From: a virus
Lineage: Duplodnaviria; Caudoviricetes
Length of the DNA stretch: 34,016 bases
IMG/VR virus record: IMGVR_UViG_3300037483_000360
Span: 1-34,016 of that record
Strand: one strand, 5' to 3'
Shown here: in pieces, positions 9,189 to 19,223 of the stretch
Numbering within the stretch: position 1 is the first letter of the stretch
Layout: each line of letters opens with the position of its first letter
Made by a program: the position numbers and the translations under genes
The notes under the pieces: model-generated
Databases searched by the model: none
Told to the model about the DNA's origin: nothing
Seen by the model: only the letters and a program-made list of their open reading frames with translations

Positions 9189-12100
9189 TAAAAGTAAGAT
9201 TTCAATCTATAGAAAATAACGAAGATGACTTGAGATTTAAGATCACGGATGGAGAACTCCTATCTAAAGCTTTTGCAAGGGCGTTAAAGGGAATTAATAC
9301 CGGGGAACTGCCGAAGGATGAAGTATTTAAAGCGGTTCTTAATGGGGTAGAGGTAGATAAAGATCTATTAGAGACAATAAAATTAAAGAAAGAAGATAAT
9401 GTTTTAATATGTCCGGTTATTAAGAAGGGAGACTCCGGGGCATTAATACGACAAGTGGCTTTGATCGTAGTAACGGTAGCAGTGGGCTTATCCACTCAAC
9501 ATTGGGGGCCTCTCGCCTCCGCCCTTACTACAGCCGGTGCCGCGATGGCCACGGGGCTAATACTAAATGGATTGATACCTCCGCCCAGTATCCCCGCCTC
9601 TGGATCAGAAATATCTAGTGAAGTTTCCCAAATGTATTCTGTTACAGGACAGAGCAATGCTTCTAAAAAACTCTCCACTGTTCCTAAAGTATACGGGAAG
9701 CATAGACTCTTCCCGCCAGTAGCCGCAAATCCTTACACGCAATTGGAAAATGACTCTACCGGGGAACTCGTCCAATATCTATACGCCATTTATGATTTCG
9801 GCCTAGGCCCCGGAGTTGTTGAAGACTTAAGGATAGGGGACACTAGTATAGAAGAATTCACAGATATCGACTACAGATTTGTAGATCCCAATAAGCCCGC
9901 AATTAGCGAGGGGATTTGGGACGAAGATTTAGCCGAGGATTTTGAACTCTATAAGAATGATGTAGAGTCGGAGAATGTAAGTTACGCGCTAAATGGCAAT
10001 AGTGATGTCAGTGGTACTCCTGTTGCCGAATACCAAACAGTTAGGAATTCGGCAAGTAATACGGAAGGCAATAAACAAACAATAATTTTAAATTTTGCCA
10101 ATCAAGAGGGGCTTGTCGGGTTTAACTCCTCTGGAACTAAAATAGAGAGAAGTATTGATATTAAAATTCAATTTAGAAAAGTTGGACAAACAACTTGGAG
10201 GATGTATAACGATCCCGCTTATGTCAGCAACCATGTAACCATTGGCGGTAAGGTGTCAGAGTACGGGGGAACTCAGCTAGAGTTTTTTCCTCTTCCCCCG
10301 TATACTAGGGGTTTCGGCAATCCCCTACTTTCTTATGATGCTACCCCCTACACTTTACTGCATTCTAGTCAGTATAATTACGCCAGGGTGGATCTTACGG
10401 ATAACCCGGAATATTTGACAGACCCCGATTTCACCCAGGTAAGAGAGCTATCCGTCTACTACGGAATACCGAAAGGGGCCACCACCTTACGCATTAAGAA
10501 TAACTCCCAACTTAAAGTCGGAAACCATATTTACATATACGGCAAGCTTATAGGTATAATTACAGGTGTTTCTACTTTTGGAGTTGAATATAAGACAGTA
10601 ACCCTGGACAGACCTACTCCCGCTATCTTTTTATTTAAAACAAAATACAATCAATCTAGCGACGGGCAACTTCAGAATAATTTTTATTTCTCCCCCCAAA
10701 ATACTTACGCAGGTAGAAGTTATGTTAACTCCAGTTCCACCGGATTTGTTAGAATAACCGGAAATTCTACTAGGCCCGTGTACTCTACGGTTTCTTTTAC
10801 ACCTAGGGATACAGGACAATTTGAAGTAAGAGTTCAAAGAGTACAGACTATCGGGGCTTACGGCCCGGAAAAACGCGACAGACTCACGTGGGCCAGCATT
10901 GTAACTAGAATAGAGACTATCCCCATAGTTACTGAGAAACGCCATTTATTTATGGAGATTAGAATAAAAGCCACTAATCAACTTAGCGGGAGTATATCCA
11001 ATTTATCGGGAGTAGTAACAACTGCTTTAGAAGTATATGATGATGACACACTTACGTGGTCTAGACAAATAACCAGTAATCCCGCCTGGGTATTTACGGA
11101 TTTATTAATAGGAGAAGTAAATAAAAAAGCTATTCCAAAATCCAGACTTGATTTAGATTCTATAGTTGAGTGGGCCGATTACTGTGATGCTTCTCCCCCA
11201 TCTCCTACTGGAGTAACTCTCCAATTTCCAAGATATGAATCTAATTTTGTACTAGACTATAAGACGACACTACAGGAAGTTCTAAATCAGGTATCTAATA
11301 GTGCGCAAGCTACTTTAAATATGGTTGACGGAAAGTACGCCGCTCTTTTAGATATTGATAGAGTGACCCCCGTTCAGATATTCACCCCTAGGAACTCTAA
11401 AGATTTTAGTGTAACCAGAAACTATTCCAAACAACCCCATGCCATAAGAGTTAGATATATAGATCCGTCATTAAATTGGGAACTAAGTGATAAGCTTGTT
11501 TACGATGATGGGTTTAACGATACTAATGCAACGGATATAGATAAAATTGAGACCTTTGCATGTACTAACCAAGAACAGGCGTGGCGCTTTGGCCGATTTA
11601 TGATGGCCCAAAATAAATACCGCCAAGAAGTTATGAGTCTGACTGTGGACTTTGAGCATCTCATTTGTACTCGTGGGGATTTTGTGCAAATCACCCAAGA
11701 TGTAATGAGAGTAGGCGGCAGACCGGCCAGGGTAAAGGCGGTAGTCGGGACTACTGTGACGATAGACGACTCTCTAGATTTACCCGGAGGTCCTAGCTAT
11801 GGGTATGTTTTCAGGGATTCAAATGACGGGGTTATCTATGAGTCCACTTTAACTCCTTCTACCCCCAGTAGTTTTGTGGCAGACGGGGCGATACCTCAAG
11901 TAGGGGATTTGATCGTAGTCGGGGAAGTAGATAGCATAGTATTTGACTGCATCGTTAAATCTATAACTCCAAATGATGATTTATCTGCTCAGTTAGTTTT
12001 AGTAGAACGTGCGGAGCAAGTTTATAACTTCGAGTCTGACGAGGAATTTGTTCCCTATAACCCACAAATTTCACTAATTACGGACCCTAACTCTTTCCCT

Positions 12101-13504
12101 CCGGCAGCGGTAGAAGATTTAATAATAGTAGACAGTGGATGGGCCTGCGCAGGTACGGGATATGAATATTATGTAGATCTAGACTGGGGATACCCCGAAG
12201 GATCGGTATTTGAATTCTTTGAAATTTACGCAGATTACGGTCTCGGGTACGCAGTCGCGGGAAGGTCTAGTGATAGCGATTTTAGATATGTTGCCCCGGA
12301 TGAAGAATTTCTTGGAAATACTTTTAGTTTTAAAGTTCTAGCCGTATCAGCTTCCGGTAAAAAAATACCTTTGGGCGGGGCGAGTATTGTATCTGTGATT
12401 TTAAATTTAAAGACAGACCCCCCGAGCGATGTTGAAATTTTTGGAACAGACATAACTGCCGAAGTTCTTCAACTTTCTTGGGATAGAATTTCTGACTGTG
12501 ACGCCAATGAGTATCTTATAAGATACTCTCCGAATGTGAATAGTATTTGGGGGTCGTCCATACCTTTAATGAGAGTTGATTCAAATACTAGCACCGTTTC
12601 TACTCAAGCTAGAAGCGGAGTTTATTTAATTAAGGCTATAGATTTTAACGGAAATCAGTCTTTAAATGAAGCTAGGGCTGTTACCACAATTCCAGAATTA
12701 TTTAATCTAAATATAATTGAGACAATCACGGACTCCCCGACATTCCCCGGAAGTAAGCAAGATGTGGTGGATATAGGGGCAGCATTAGTTTTAAAGGAGA
12801 AGGTATCGGGAGATCCCGAAAATATCGAATACTTCACTCCGGGGTATTATAACTACGATAATCTTTTAGATCTCGGGGACATATACACTGTAAGGCTTCA
12901 ATCATTAATTGAGGCCGAGGGTTTTTATGAGGGGGATCTGATGGTAAATTGGACCACTCTCGCCGGACTAACGGCTATGTCTTCAGTTAGTGTGGATGAC
13001 TGGGAAGTACAAACCCAGTACAGGTCAACAGATACTTTTAATACAATCAGTCTGTGGACTACTCTAGATGCAGTAAGTTCTCTTAGCGGGGGCCAAGACG
13101 ATCTTTGGACAGAATGGCGAAATTTCACAATGGGGGACGCAACGGGTCGTATTTTTCAGCATCGTTTAAAACTCATTAGTAACAGACCAAACGCCAGTCC
13201 TAGAGTGTTTGATGCGACTATAAAAGCAGATATGCCCGACCGAGTAGATAACTATAATAATCTTGTCTCAGATGCATCGACTGGGTACACTGTCACGTAT
13301 AGTCCAGCTTTTAAAGGACCAGGGACTTCTCCGAATATTCAAGTATCCCTGGAGAATGCACAATCGGGAGATTATTGGACATTTACTAATAGAGATTTAG
13401 AGGGATTTACGGTTAAATTTTTTAATAGTAGTGACACAGGCGTTGTTAGAACATTTGATACGATGGTAAAAGGTTACGGAAGAAAAAGTAACTTAGTTAT
13501 TTAG
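9185..13504 (+). CDS. Tail tip/central fibre protein J with fused N-terminal gpI-like domain
   Basis: Ubiquitin-like plus hydrophobic N-terminus (gpI-like), 'VPKVYGKHR', 'SNPAW', 'V.Y.DP..NW' and FnIII-like repeats; 1439 aa. Confidence 0.9.
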   Translation: MIKVRFQSIENNEDDLRFKITDGELLSKAFARALKGINTGELPKDEVFKAVLNGVEVDKDLLETIKLKKEDNVLICPVIKKGDSGALIRQVALIVVTVAVGLSTQHWGPLASALTTAGAAMATGLILNGLIPPPSIPASGSEISSEVSQMYSVTGQSNASKKLSTVPKVYGKHRLFPPVAANPYTQLENDSTGELVQYLYAIYDFGLGPGVVEDLRIGDTSIEEFTDIDYRFVDPNKPAISEGIWDEDLAEDFELYKNDVESENVSYALNGNSDVSGTPVAEYQTVRNSASNTEGNKQTIILNFANQEGLVGFNSSGTKIERSIDIKIQFRKVGQTTWRMYNDPAYVSNHVTIGGKVSEYGGTQLEFFPLPPYTRGFGNPLLSYDATPYTLLHSSQYNYARVDLTDNPEYLTDPDFTQVRELSVYYGIPKGATTLRIKNNSQLKVGNHIYIYGKLIGIITGVSTFGVEYKTVTLDRPTPAIFLFKTKYNQSSDGQLQNNFYFSPQNTYAGRSYVNSSSTGFVRITGNSTRPVYSTVSFTPRDTGQFEVRVQRVQTIGAYGPEKRDRLTWASIVTRIETIPIVTEKRHLFMEIRIKATNQLSGSISNLSGVVTTALEVYDDDTLTWSRQITSNPAWVFTDLLIGEVNKKAIPKSRLDLDSIVEWADYCDASPPSPTGVTLQFPRYESNFVLDYKTTLQEVLNQVSNSAQATLNMVDGKYAALLDIDRVTPVQIFTPRNSKDFSVTRNYSKQPHAIRVRYIDPSLNWELSDKLVYDDGFNDTNATDIDKIETFACTNQEQAWRFGRFMMAQNKYRQEVMSLTVDFEHLICTRGDFVQITQDVMRVGGRPARVKAVVGTTVTIDDSLDLPGGPSYGYVFRDSNDGVIYESTLTPSTPSSFVADGAIPQVGDLIVVGEVDSIVFDCIVKSITPNDDLSAQLVLVERAEQVYNFESDEEFVPYNPQISLITDPNSFPPAAVEDLIIVDSGWACAGTGYEYYVDLDWGYPEGSVFEFFEIYADYGLGYAVAGRSSDSDFRYVAPDEEFLGNTFSFKVLAVSASGKKIPLGGASIVSVILNLKTDPPSDVEIFGTDITAEVLQLSWDRISDCDANEYLIRYSPNVNSIWGSSIPLMRVDSNTSTVSTQARSGVYLIKAIDFNGNQSLNEARAVTTIPELFNLNIIETITDSPTFPGSKQDVVDIGAALVLKEKVSGDPENIEYFTPGYYNYDNLLDLGDIYTVRLQSLIEAEGFYEGDLMVNWTTLAGLTAMSSVSVDDWEVQTQYRSTDTFNTISLWTTLDAVSSLSGGQDDLWTEWRNFTMGDATGRIFQHRLKLISNRPNASPRVFDATIKADMPDRVDNYNNLVSDASTGYTVTYSPAFKGPGTSPNIQVSLENAQSGDYWTFTNRDLEGFTVKFFNSSDTGVVRTFDTMVKGYGRKSNLVI

Positions 13505-13513
13505 GGGGAATAG

Positions 13514-16500
13514 ATGAGCCAAACTGTTTGGTCGAGCATAAATCCAAATACAACTTCAGGTACACAATTGGCGGTACTTCTAGATGACTTTAAAAACGCA
13601 ATTATGTCGGGTCTTAGCGGCACAACAAGGCCTAGCGAAACTCAGGCAGCGGGCGGATGGATAGACACCACTAATGAGGCCACTCCTAATTTTTATTGGT
13701 CTTATAAAGTTTATGACGGAACTAATGATATTGAAATTTTTCGTATAAATCTGAATACGCTTAAAGCCTCATTCCCCACTACCGATTCATTTTTTGAGAT
13801 TTTCAAACAAACTGCTGACGCAGACGGAGCACTTTTAAAATTCATTAAACAAAGAATAGCAAATAACGGACAGGTCTTAACCGATGACGTTATCATGGAT
13901 ATTCAAGCCGTAGGCCGGGCTGTTGATTCGAGTGATCCGGTTGTTGCCAGAATAAGAGTAGAGTCTCTAGACGACATGACCGCCACTGAAACAGGGGCCA
14001 CTATAATTTTCGAGGCCACTCCCACAGGATCCGCCACTATAGTAGAAATATTTAGACTAATTGACGGTAAAATGGGCATAGGCACAGAGACTCCTGTTAC
14101 TACTTTAGAAGTTCAAGGAACGGGAATCCAGTCTACTAGGGTTGAGGACGCCACGACTCCGGGACTTTTATCAATTCAAAAGAAAAGGATTGCGGGTACG
14201 GGGGCTACACAAAATGGCGATTTTGTGGGGATGATTTCCCATAAAACTACAGACGATGCCAGTGCATCTAATGAAGTATTTGAAATAGAGACTCAAGCTT
14301 TAGAAGCGCATGATGCTAGTAACCAGGGTACAAAAGTAACAATAAGAAATACTGATGTGGGCAGTGCTACCGCTTCAGACGCGATTGAGATAACGGATAA
14401 AATTGAGGATATAAAACCCTCTAAGATAAATGCCTTAGAGTTGGCGGCGCAAGACGTAGCCACTACAACCACAATAGCTGCTCTAGATACAACAAATTCA
14501 ATTGTCAGATTAACGGGCTCTACCGATACCGTTTTGCAGGGAATAGACGCCACTGGAAAAGCTAAAATTCTAACAATTCATAATTCATCCACGGCCAATA
14601 TTACTATAAATAATGAGGATGCCTCCGCATCAGCCGCCAATAGAATAGTTTTACCCGGATCTACTAGTATAGGCCTAAGTCCGGGTCAGGCTATTATTTT
14701 ATTTTACTCTTTGACCGACTCACGTTGGAAAATAATGTCTTCTACTTCTGGGTCCGGTTCAGGACAAGGGGGCATAAATTATATAGAAAATAGTGATTTT
14801 GAGATTAATGCTGACGGATGGGTAGCGTATGACGATGGAGCTAGTGCCACCCCCGCTTCCGGAGATGGGGCAGCAAATTTACTCGAACTAGATCTTGATT
14901 CTATAAATGTTTTAAGGGGCACACAATCACTAAACATCCATAAGACTGCGGCGAATGTACAAGGTGAAGGGGTTTCTTACGATTTTGCAATAGATCCGGC
15001 AGATATAAATAAAAGACTATTCGTAAGCTTTGATTATTCTATAGACGTAGCAACTTATGTGAATGGGGATAAAAGAGTTTTTATCTACGATATAGACAAC
15101 ACCGCGCTAATCGGCGCAGTTACAAATGACGATGACGGGGATATTATTTTTCCGGGTCAGGATATTGCCTCTAGGTTTAATGCTACTTTTGAAGCTACTA
15201 CTAGTTTAAACTATAGATTAATTATTCATCAAACTAGCACTAACGCTAATGATGATAATTTAAAAATAGATAATGTAAAAGTCAGCCCAGACACCTTGGT
15301 TCCCGGAGCTATTGTCACGGAGTGGGAGACTGTATCTTTAACAGTAAATAATTTTTCAAACGATGCCGCCGCAGCGAGAATGAGACGCGTGGGGGACTCT
15401 CTAGAAGTAGAAGCTACTTTTGATATTTCTTCTGTGTCTGGGAATATGGAGATAATACTACCTAATTCTTTGAATTTTGATGCGAATAAAATATCAGATA
15501 CAGGGGCGGGAACTGATGCATCACACTTTGGAACAGCTTCGGCTTTTGATTCCGGTGTTGGGTCGTATGCGGGCGTGATATCTACGCCTTCGAGCGGTAC
15601 TGATAGAGTTAGAATAAGAGATGGCAGCGGAGGCGGTGCCTGGGGGGCATCAGTTCCATTTACTTGGACTAACGCAGACGGGCTTAGTGTTAATTTTAAA
15701 ATTCCGATTGAGGGTTGGTCTGCTGGAGCGATGCTTTCAACTACAGAGGCTTCATTCCTAAGTGCAAAATCTAAAATATTTTTGAATAATTCAAGTACAA
15801 ATCAAACTATAAGTTCAGCAACGGAGACACAGGTTTTATTTGATGCAACGCAGTTTGACGAAGGCGGCATGTCGGATACGGGCAATAACGCCATAGTTAT
15901 TCCGGCCAGCGGGTATTATGAAGTAAAATTAAATTTATTTGTAGCATCATTAGCCGCCGACGATTTTATAATCGGGAGAGTAAGGGTAAATAATCCTACT
16001 TCTGGGGATCAAATCATACAGTCATTCCAAGACTATACTGGTACAATCGCGCAGGTACAGGGGTCTACTATAGTTTTCCTCAATAAGGGGGATAGTTTAA
16101 CTGCGTCAGTGGACTCAGAAACGGACACAAGCTATACGGTAAATTTTGGGGCAATACAAAGTTATCTGACTGTAGAGAGAAGGCCCAACTTCTCGACATT
16201 CTCTGTGTTTGGCCAGACTGAGTATATTGCAGCGGAACTGGGCACTACTCAAGACACAGTAGCCGCCGACACCTGGGAAGATTGTGAGGCCACTCCCACT
16301 ACAATTACTTTAACTCCTGGCACATGGCAGATCGGATATGATGTATCTGTGCAAATGAATAGGGTTGCAGGAACAATCACCCCAAGAGCTAATTTAGTCC
16401 TAGCAACAACTGGGGATGTTAATGTTAATGACACTATTGGTTACGCTCAAGCCAACCTGGATGCCACTTATACAGGTATTGGTTTTGCTATTTCTAAGCA

Positions 16501-16660
16501 AACAGAAATAACAATAGCTTCAACTACTAGTTACAAACTACGACATAGGACTAATGCGACGGCGGCTAACCAAACGATCAGAGTAATAAAAACTGATGAG
16601 ACGGGCGCTCTAACAAATCCAGATTCCGCACCTATTATTTGGGCAAGGAGAATAAGATAA
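13514..16660 (+). CDS. Tail fibre / receptor-binding protein, multidomain
   Basis: Follows J; Thr/Ser/Ala-rich; 'GKMGIGTETP..TLEVQG' fibre motif, 'INYIENSDFE...GW' CBM-like start and a C1q-like 'V.FD...FD......IVIPASGYY.V' domain. Confidence 0.8.
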   Translation: MSQTVWSSINPNTTSGTQLAVLLDDFKNAIMSGLSGTTRPSETQAAGGWIDTTNEATPNFYWSYKVYDGTNDIEIFRINLNTLKASFPTTDSFFEIFKQTADADGALLKFIKQRIANNGQVLTDDVIMDIQAVGRAVDSSDPVVARIRVESLDDMTATETGATIIFEATPTGSATIVEIFRLIDGKMGIGTETPVTTLEVQGTGIQSTRVEDATTPGLLSIQKKRIAGTGATQNGDFVGMISHKTTDDASASNEVFEIETQALEAHDASNQGTKVTIRNTDVGSATASDAIEITDKIEDIKPSKINALELAAQDVATTTTIAALDTTNSIVRLTGSTDTVLQGIDATGKAKILTIHNSSTANITINNEDASASAANRIVLPGSTSIGLSPGQAIILFYSLTDSRWKIMSSTSGSGSGQGGINYIENSDFEINADGWVAYDDGASATPASGDGAANLLELDLDSINVLRGTQSLNIHKTAANVQGEGVSYDFAIDPADINKRLFVSFDYSIDVATYVNGDKRVFIYDIDNTALIGAVTNDDDGDIIFPGQDIASRFNATFEATTSLNYRLIIHQTSTNANDDNLKIDNVKVSPDTLVPGAIVTEWETVSLTVNNFSNDAAAARMRRVGDSLEVEATFDISSVSGNMEIILPNSLNFDANKISDTGAGTDASHFGTASAFDSGVGSYAGVISTPSSGTDRVRIRDGSGGGAWGASVPFTWTNADGLSVNFKIPIEGWSAGAMLSTTEASFLSAKSKIFLNNSSTNQTISSATETQVLFDATQFDEGGMSDTGNNAIVIPASGYYEVKLNLFVASLAADDFIIGRVRVNNPTSGDQIIQSFQDYTGTIAQVQGSTIVFLNKGDSLTASVDSETDTSYTVNFGAIQSYLTVERRPNFSTFSVFGQTEYIAAELGTTQDTVAADTWEDCEATPTTITLTPGTWQIGYDVSVQMNRVAGTITPRANLVLATTGDVNVNDTIGYAQANLDATYTGIGFAISKQTEITIASTTSYKLRHRTNATAANQTIRVIKTDETGALTNPDSAPIIWARRIR

Positions 16661-17031
16661 TGAGTAAAACGTACTACGTAAGAGGACCGGAAGGAAGCTA
16701 TACAATTTCAGGATATTTTGGACAAGTTCCCAGCGATGCGGTTTGTCGGGCACCTATGGAGGACGGCCAAATTGTTAGAGATGTAGATTGGCTAGACATT
16801 ATAGAGGTAGAAGACGAAGGATCAATCACAAAACAGGCGATAGTTAATCCCACAAAAAAAGCGGCTAAGCTGGCTCTGGCTCAAGCGGCCAGAGACGAGA
16901 GAGCCGCGCTAGCTGCCCAAAAAGAAGTCCTATATAATAATTTAAAGGGCAAGAAGTCCGGCGATTTAAAAAATGAAGAGGACATAAAAAAAGCAATAGA
17001 AGACATCCTCGACTATTTAGGATTAGGATAG
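16660..17031 (+). CDS. Hypothetical protein, possible tail fibre assembly chaperone
   Basis: ATG overlaps the fibre stop (TAATG), a better start than the TTG at 16639; position and C-terminal helix fit a fibre chaperone. Confidence 0.5.
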   Translation: MSKTYYVRGPEGSYTISGYFGQVPSDAVCRAPMEDGQIVRDVDWLDIIEVEDEGSITKQAIVNPTKKAAKLALAQAARDERAALAAQKEVLYNNLKGKKSGDLKNEEDIKKAIEDILDYLGLG

Positions 17032-17069
17032 TTTTACATATTTAAAATCTAGGGATGGAGAATTAAATT

Positions 17070-17318
17070 ATGAAAATAGAGTTATCTACCTTGATAATAG
17101 GTTTCTTATCTGGCCTAGTTTGGCTCATTCGTCTAGAGGCAAAAGTCCTCTATCTAGAAAAAGATCACGACACACATAAAACAGAAGTTAAAGAAAAAGA
17201 AACCTTAATGTGGGCCAAAGTTGACGGTCTCACAGCGAGTATGAATTTAGTATTACAATCTCTAGCTAGGCTAGAGGGTAGTTTACAAAACAAAAACCAA
17301 CGAGGAGAAGGTAAATGA
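17070..17318 (+). CDS. Small membrane protein, holin-like (N-terminal TM plus coiled coil)
   Basis: GGAG RBS; hydrophobic residues about 5-21 followed by 'RLE.KV..LE' heptads; first gene after the tail module. Confidence 0.5.
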   Translation: MKIELSTLIIGFLSGLVWLIRLEAKVLYLEKDHDTHKTEVKEKETLMWAKVDGLTASMNLVLQSLARLEGSLQNKNQRGEGK

Positions 17319-17797
17319 ACACAAAGAATTTAAATATTAGTACGCTGCATAATATGCTAGGTAAGATATATCACGAAGTGGCTGGTACGGTATCTCAAGA
17401 CGTGTCGCACATGCGAACTCCAGATGTTGTCCGATTGGAATCGTATGTGGCTGAACTTGAAAGTTACAAAAAACACGTAATGTCTCAAGACCCGGTAGAT
17501 TGGCCACATGCACATAAGATGTTGATTGAGCTAAAAGAATTGCCCGCGCCTACGGAACAAGAAAATACTACCATTCACGAGCTATTATATATCATTCAAA
17601 TAATGGATGTGGAGATTGTGAAATCTCAATCTAAAGACCTACCGGCTGGCATGTATAAATTCGATTCTGACCGATTCGATAAAAATATAGATTATGTGAG
17701 GTCTCTGATTACTCACGTCAAAAATGCTACCCCTACAGATCGTCCAGAAAGTGCAGCTACTCAGTTCGATCAAGAGCAAGGCATTGCTAGTAAATAA
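17315..17797 (+). CDS. Hypothetical protein with internal two-fold repeat
   Basis: GAGGAG RBS; ATGA overlap; two similar helical halves. Confidence 0.7.
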   Translation: MNTKNLNISTLHNMLGKIYHEVAGTVSQDVSHMRTPDVVRLESYVAELESYKKHVMSQDPVDWPHAHKMLIELKELPAPTEQENTTIHELLYIIQIMDVEIVKSQSKDLPAGMYKFDSDRFDKNIDYVRSLITHVKNATPTDRPESAATQFDQEQGIASK

Positions 17798-17831
17798 TTT
17801 AACTTTTAACTAACTATAGGAGAAACAAGAA

Positions 17832-18044
17832 ATGGATATAAGAAAACAATTAGGTGGTATGGCAGAAGCAGCTTTAAATGACGCGATTGACGGTCTTTTA
17901 GGCGAGCAGGATTCTTTGTTCGATGACTTAGGTAAGAAGATCGCAGGAGAGTTAAAAAAACTTGTTGGCGATAATTTTAAAGCAAAGCTTAAGGCTAACT
18001 ACATCGATAAGATTGACGGTGAAGACGACATTCCAGATGTCTAA
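17832..18044 (+). CDS. Hypothetical small helical protein
   Basis: AGGAG RBS; ends IDKIDGEDDIPDV. Confidence 0.7.
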   Translation: MDIRKQLGGMAEAALNDAIDGLLGEQDSLFDDLGKKIAGELKKLVGDNFKAKLKANYIDKIDGEDDIPDV

Positions 18045-18351
18045 GAGTAAAGAGATTATTAAAACAGTTGGGGATTTTTTCAGAGGCCAGGTGTTAGCTT
18101 GGCTTAGGAAGTGGGTACTCGACTGGCTTTTAAAAAAGATCCTAGGCACTGCTATAGGCGGTGTCTGGGGTTGGCTTGCGACTTTCTTTTTTGACATAGC
18201 TTGGAAGAAATGGATTGTGCCTTTGTGGAAAACGGCAGTCAGAAAGGGCGAGAGCGCAATTAAAAAACCCATCTATAAGAAGAAAGCTGAAAAGCTAGAA
18301 GATGCAAAAACTAAAGAGGAGTTTGATAGTGCGGTTGATAATTTGCCGTGA
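18037..18351 (+). CDS. Trp-rich membrane protein (holin/spanin-like candidate)
   Basis: ATG at 18037 overlaps the previous stop; 'ILGTAIGGVWGWLATFFF' hydrophobic segment followed by a basic helical tail. Confidence 0.55.
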   Translation: MSKSKEIIKTVGDFFRGQVLAWLRKWVLDWLLKKILGTAIGGVWGWLATFFFDIAWKKWIVPLWKTAVRKGESAIKKPIYKKKAEKLEDAKTKEEFDSAVDNLP

Positions 18352-18369
18352 AATTTTTGGGGAGTCGAT

Positions 18370-18537
18370 ATGAGAATAATTAGAATCTTCGTTAACTGGA
18401 TCTCTTTAATCATCGTGATAATAGCATCACCAGTGTGGACTCCGTTAGTTTTGGGGTACGCCATCTTAACGGTTGCCATGAACGACAGAGAGCCTTTTGA
18501 AACTATTTTAAAAGGTGAGAGATTCTTTTGGCAATGA
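18370..18537 (+). CDS. Small membrane protein, 55 aa (absent from the ORF track)
   Basis: GGGAG RBS; MRIIRIFVNWISLIIVIIASPVWTPLVLGYAILTVAMNDREPFETILKGERFFWQ; ATGA overlap with the next gene. Confidence 0.65.
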   Translation: MRIIRIFVNWISLIIVIIASPVWTPLVLGYAILTVAMNDREPFETILKGERFFWQ

Positions 18538-18881
18538 CCAGGTTTGTTGTCTTAATTCTGTTCCCATTATTATTTAGTTGTCAGACGGTGCAGATACCAG
18601 AGAAGTCCGACGAAGAAAGATGCGTTGTCTCTGTTGAGTTTAATGTTTGTCGGTGTCATCAATATCGAGTCAGCCCTTCAGTAGTTGGGCGAGTCAGTGA
18701 AAGTGTTGATTACCCAATAGAACACTGTGAAAGGCTAGTTGGTTTCTCACCTGAAGCGTGGGTTAATTTTGTATTATGGTTTGAGGAAACATTCCAAGCG
18801 GTGGAGGATGCGAATGCACAAAGCGTCCCAAAGCCTCTAATAGAAACACCGGAAGAAATTAAGTCTATGGCGGTTAAATGA
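18534..18881 (+). CDS. Lipoprotein, o-spanin candidate
   Basis: MTRFVVLILFPLLFS|C lipobox-like signal; four further Cys; located in the lysis region. Confidence 0.6.
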   Translation: MTRFVVLILFPLLFSCQTVQIPEKSDEERCVVSVEFNVCRCHQYRVSPSVVGRVSESVDYPIEHCERLVGFSPEAWVNFVLWFEETFQAVEDANAQSVPKPLIETPEEIKSMAVK

Positions 18882-18974
18882 AAAGCTTATTTGATAGCAG
18901 GATAATATTTTTTTTGCGGGATAGTGAAAAGTCTAGGATTCCCAAGTTAAAAGAACCTACTTTAGGAGACTATT

Positions 18975-19223
18975 TTGAAAATACTTGTTAACATTATTTT
19001 CTTTCCTTTTGGCATTATAATAATAACCCTAATGATAGTCTGGGTGTTTGTTAGAGAGTCCTATAGAGACGTAAGATCCCTGATTAATGGAACGTACCAT
19101 CGTTGCCTGTATTTCGATTCTTCTCTCCCGCGTAATGGATACTTTATGTCGTGTATTCATTGCGGCAGAATTAAAAAATGGAATAGAGCTAAAATGGCTT
19201 ATGAAGACTGGAGGATAGTTTGA
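18975..19223 (+). CDS. Small membrane-anchored protein with C-terminal CxxC
   Basis: AGGAG RBS before TTG; N-terminal TM; 'HRC...CIHCG'. Confidence 0.6.
   Translation: MKILVNIIFFPFGIIIITLMIVWVFVRESYRDVRSLINGTYHRCLYFDSSLPRNGYFMSCIHCGRIKKWNRAKMAYEDWRIV

Noticed and set aside
1409-16434. Numerous 60-115 aa - strand ORFs within the structural genes
   Set aside because: They lie within or across well-supported + strand genes, have no motifs, and are typical antisense shadows.
18646-18660. Second heme-binding motif in the lipoprotein
   Set aside because: The sequence is CRCH (CxCH), not CxxCH.
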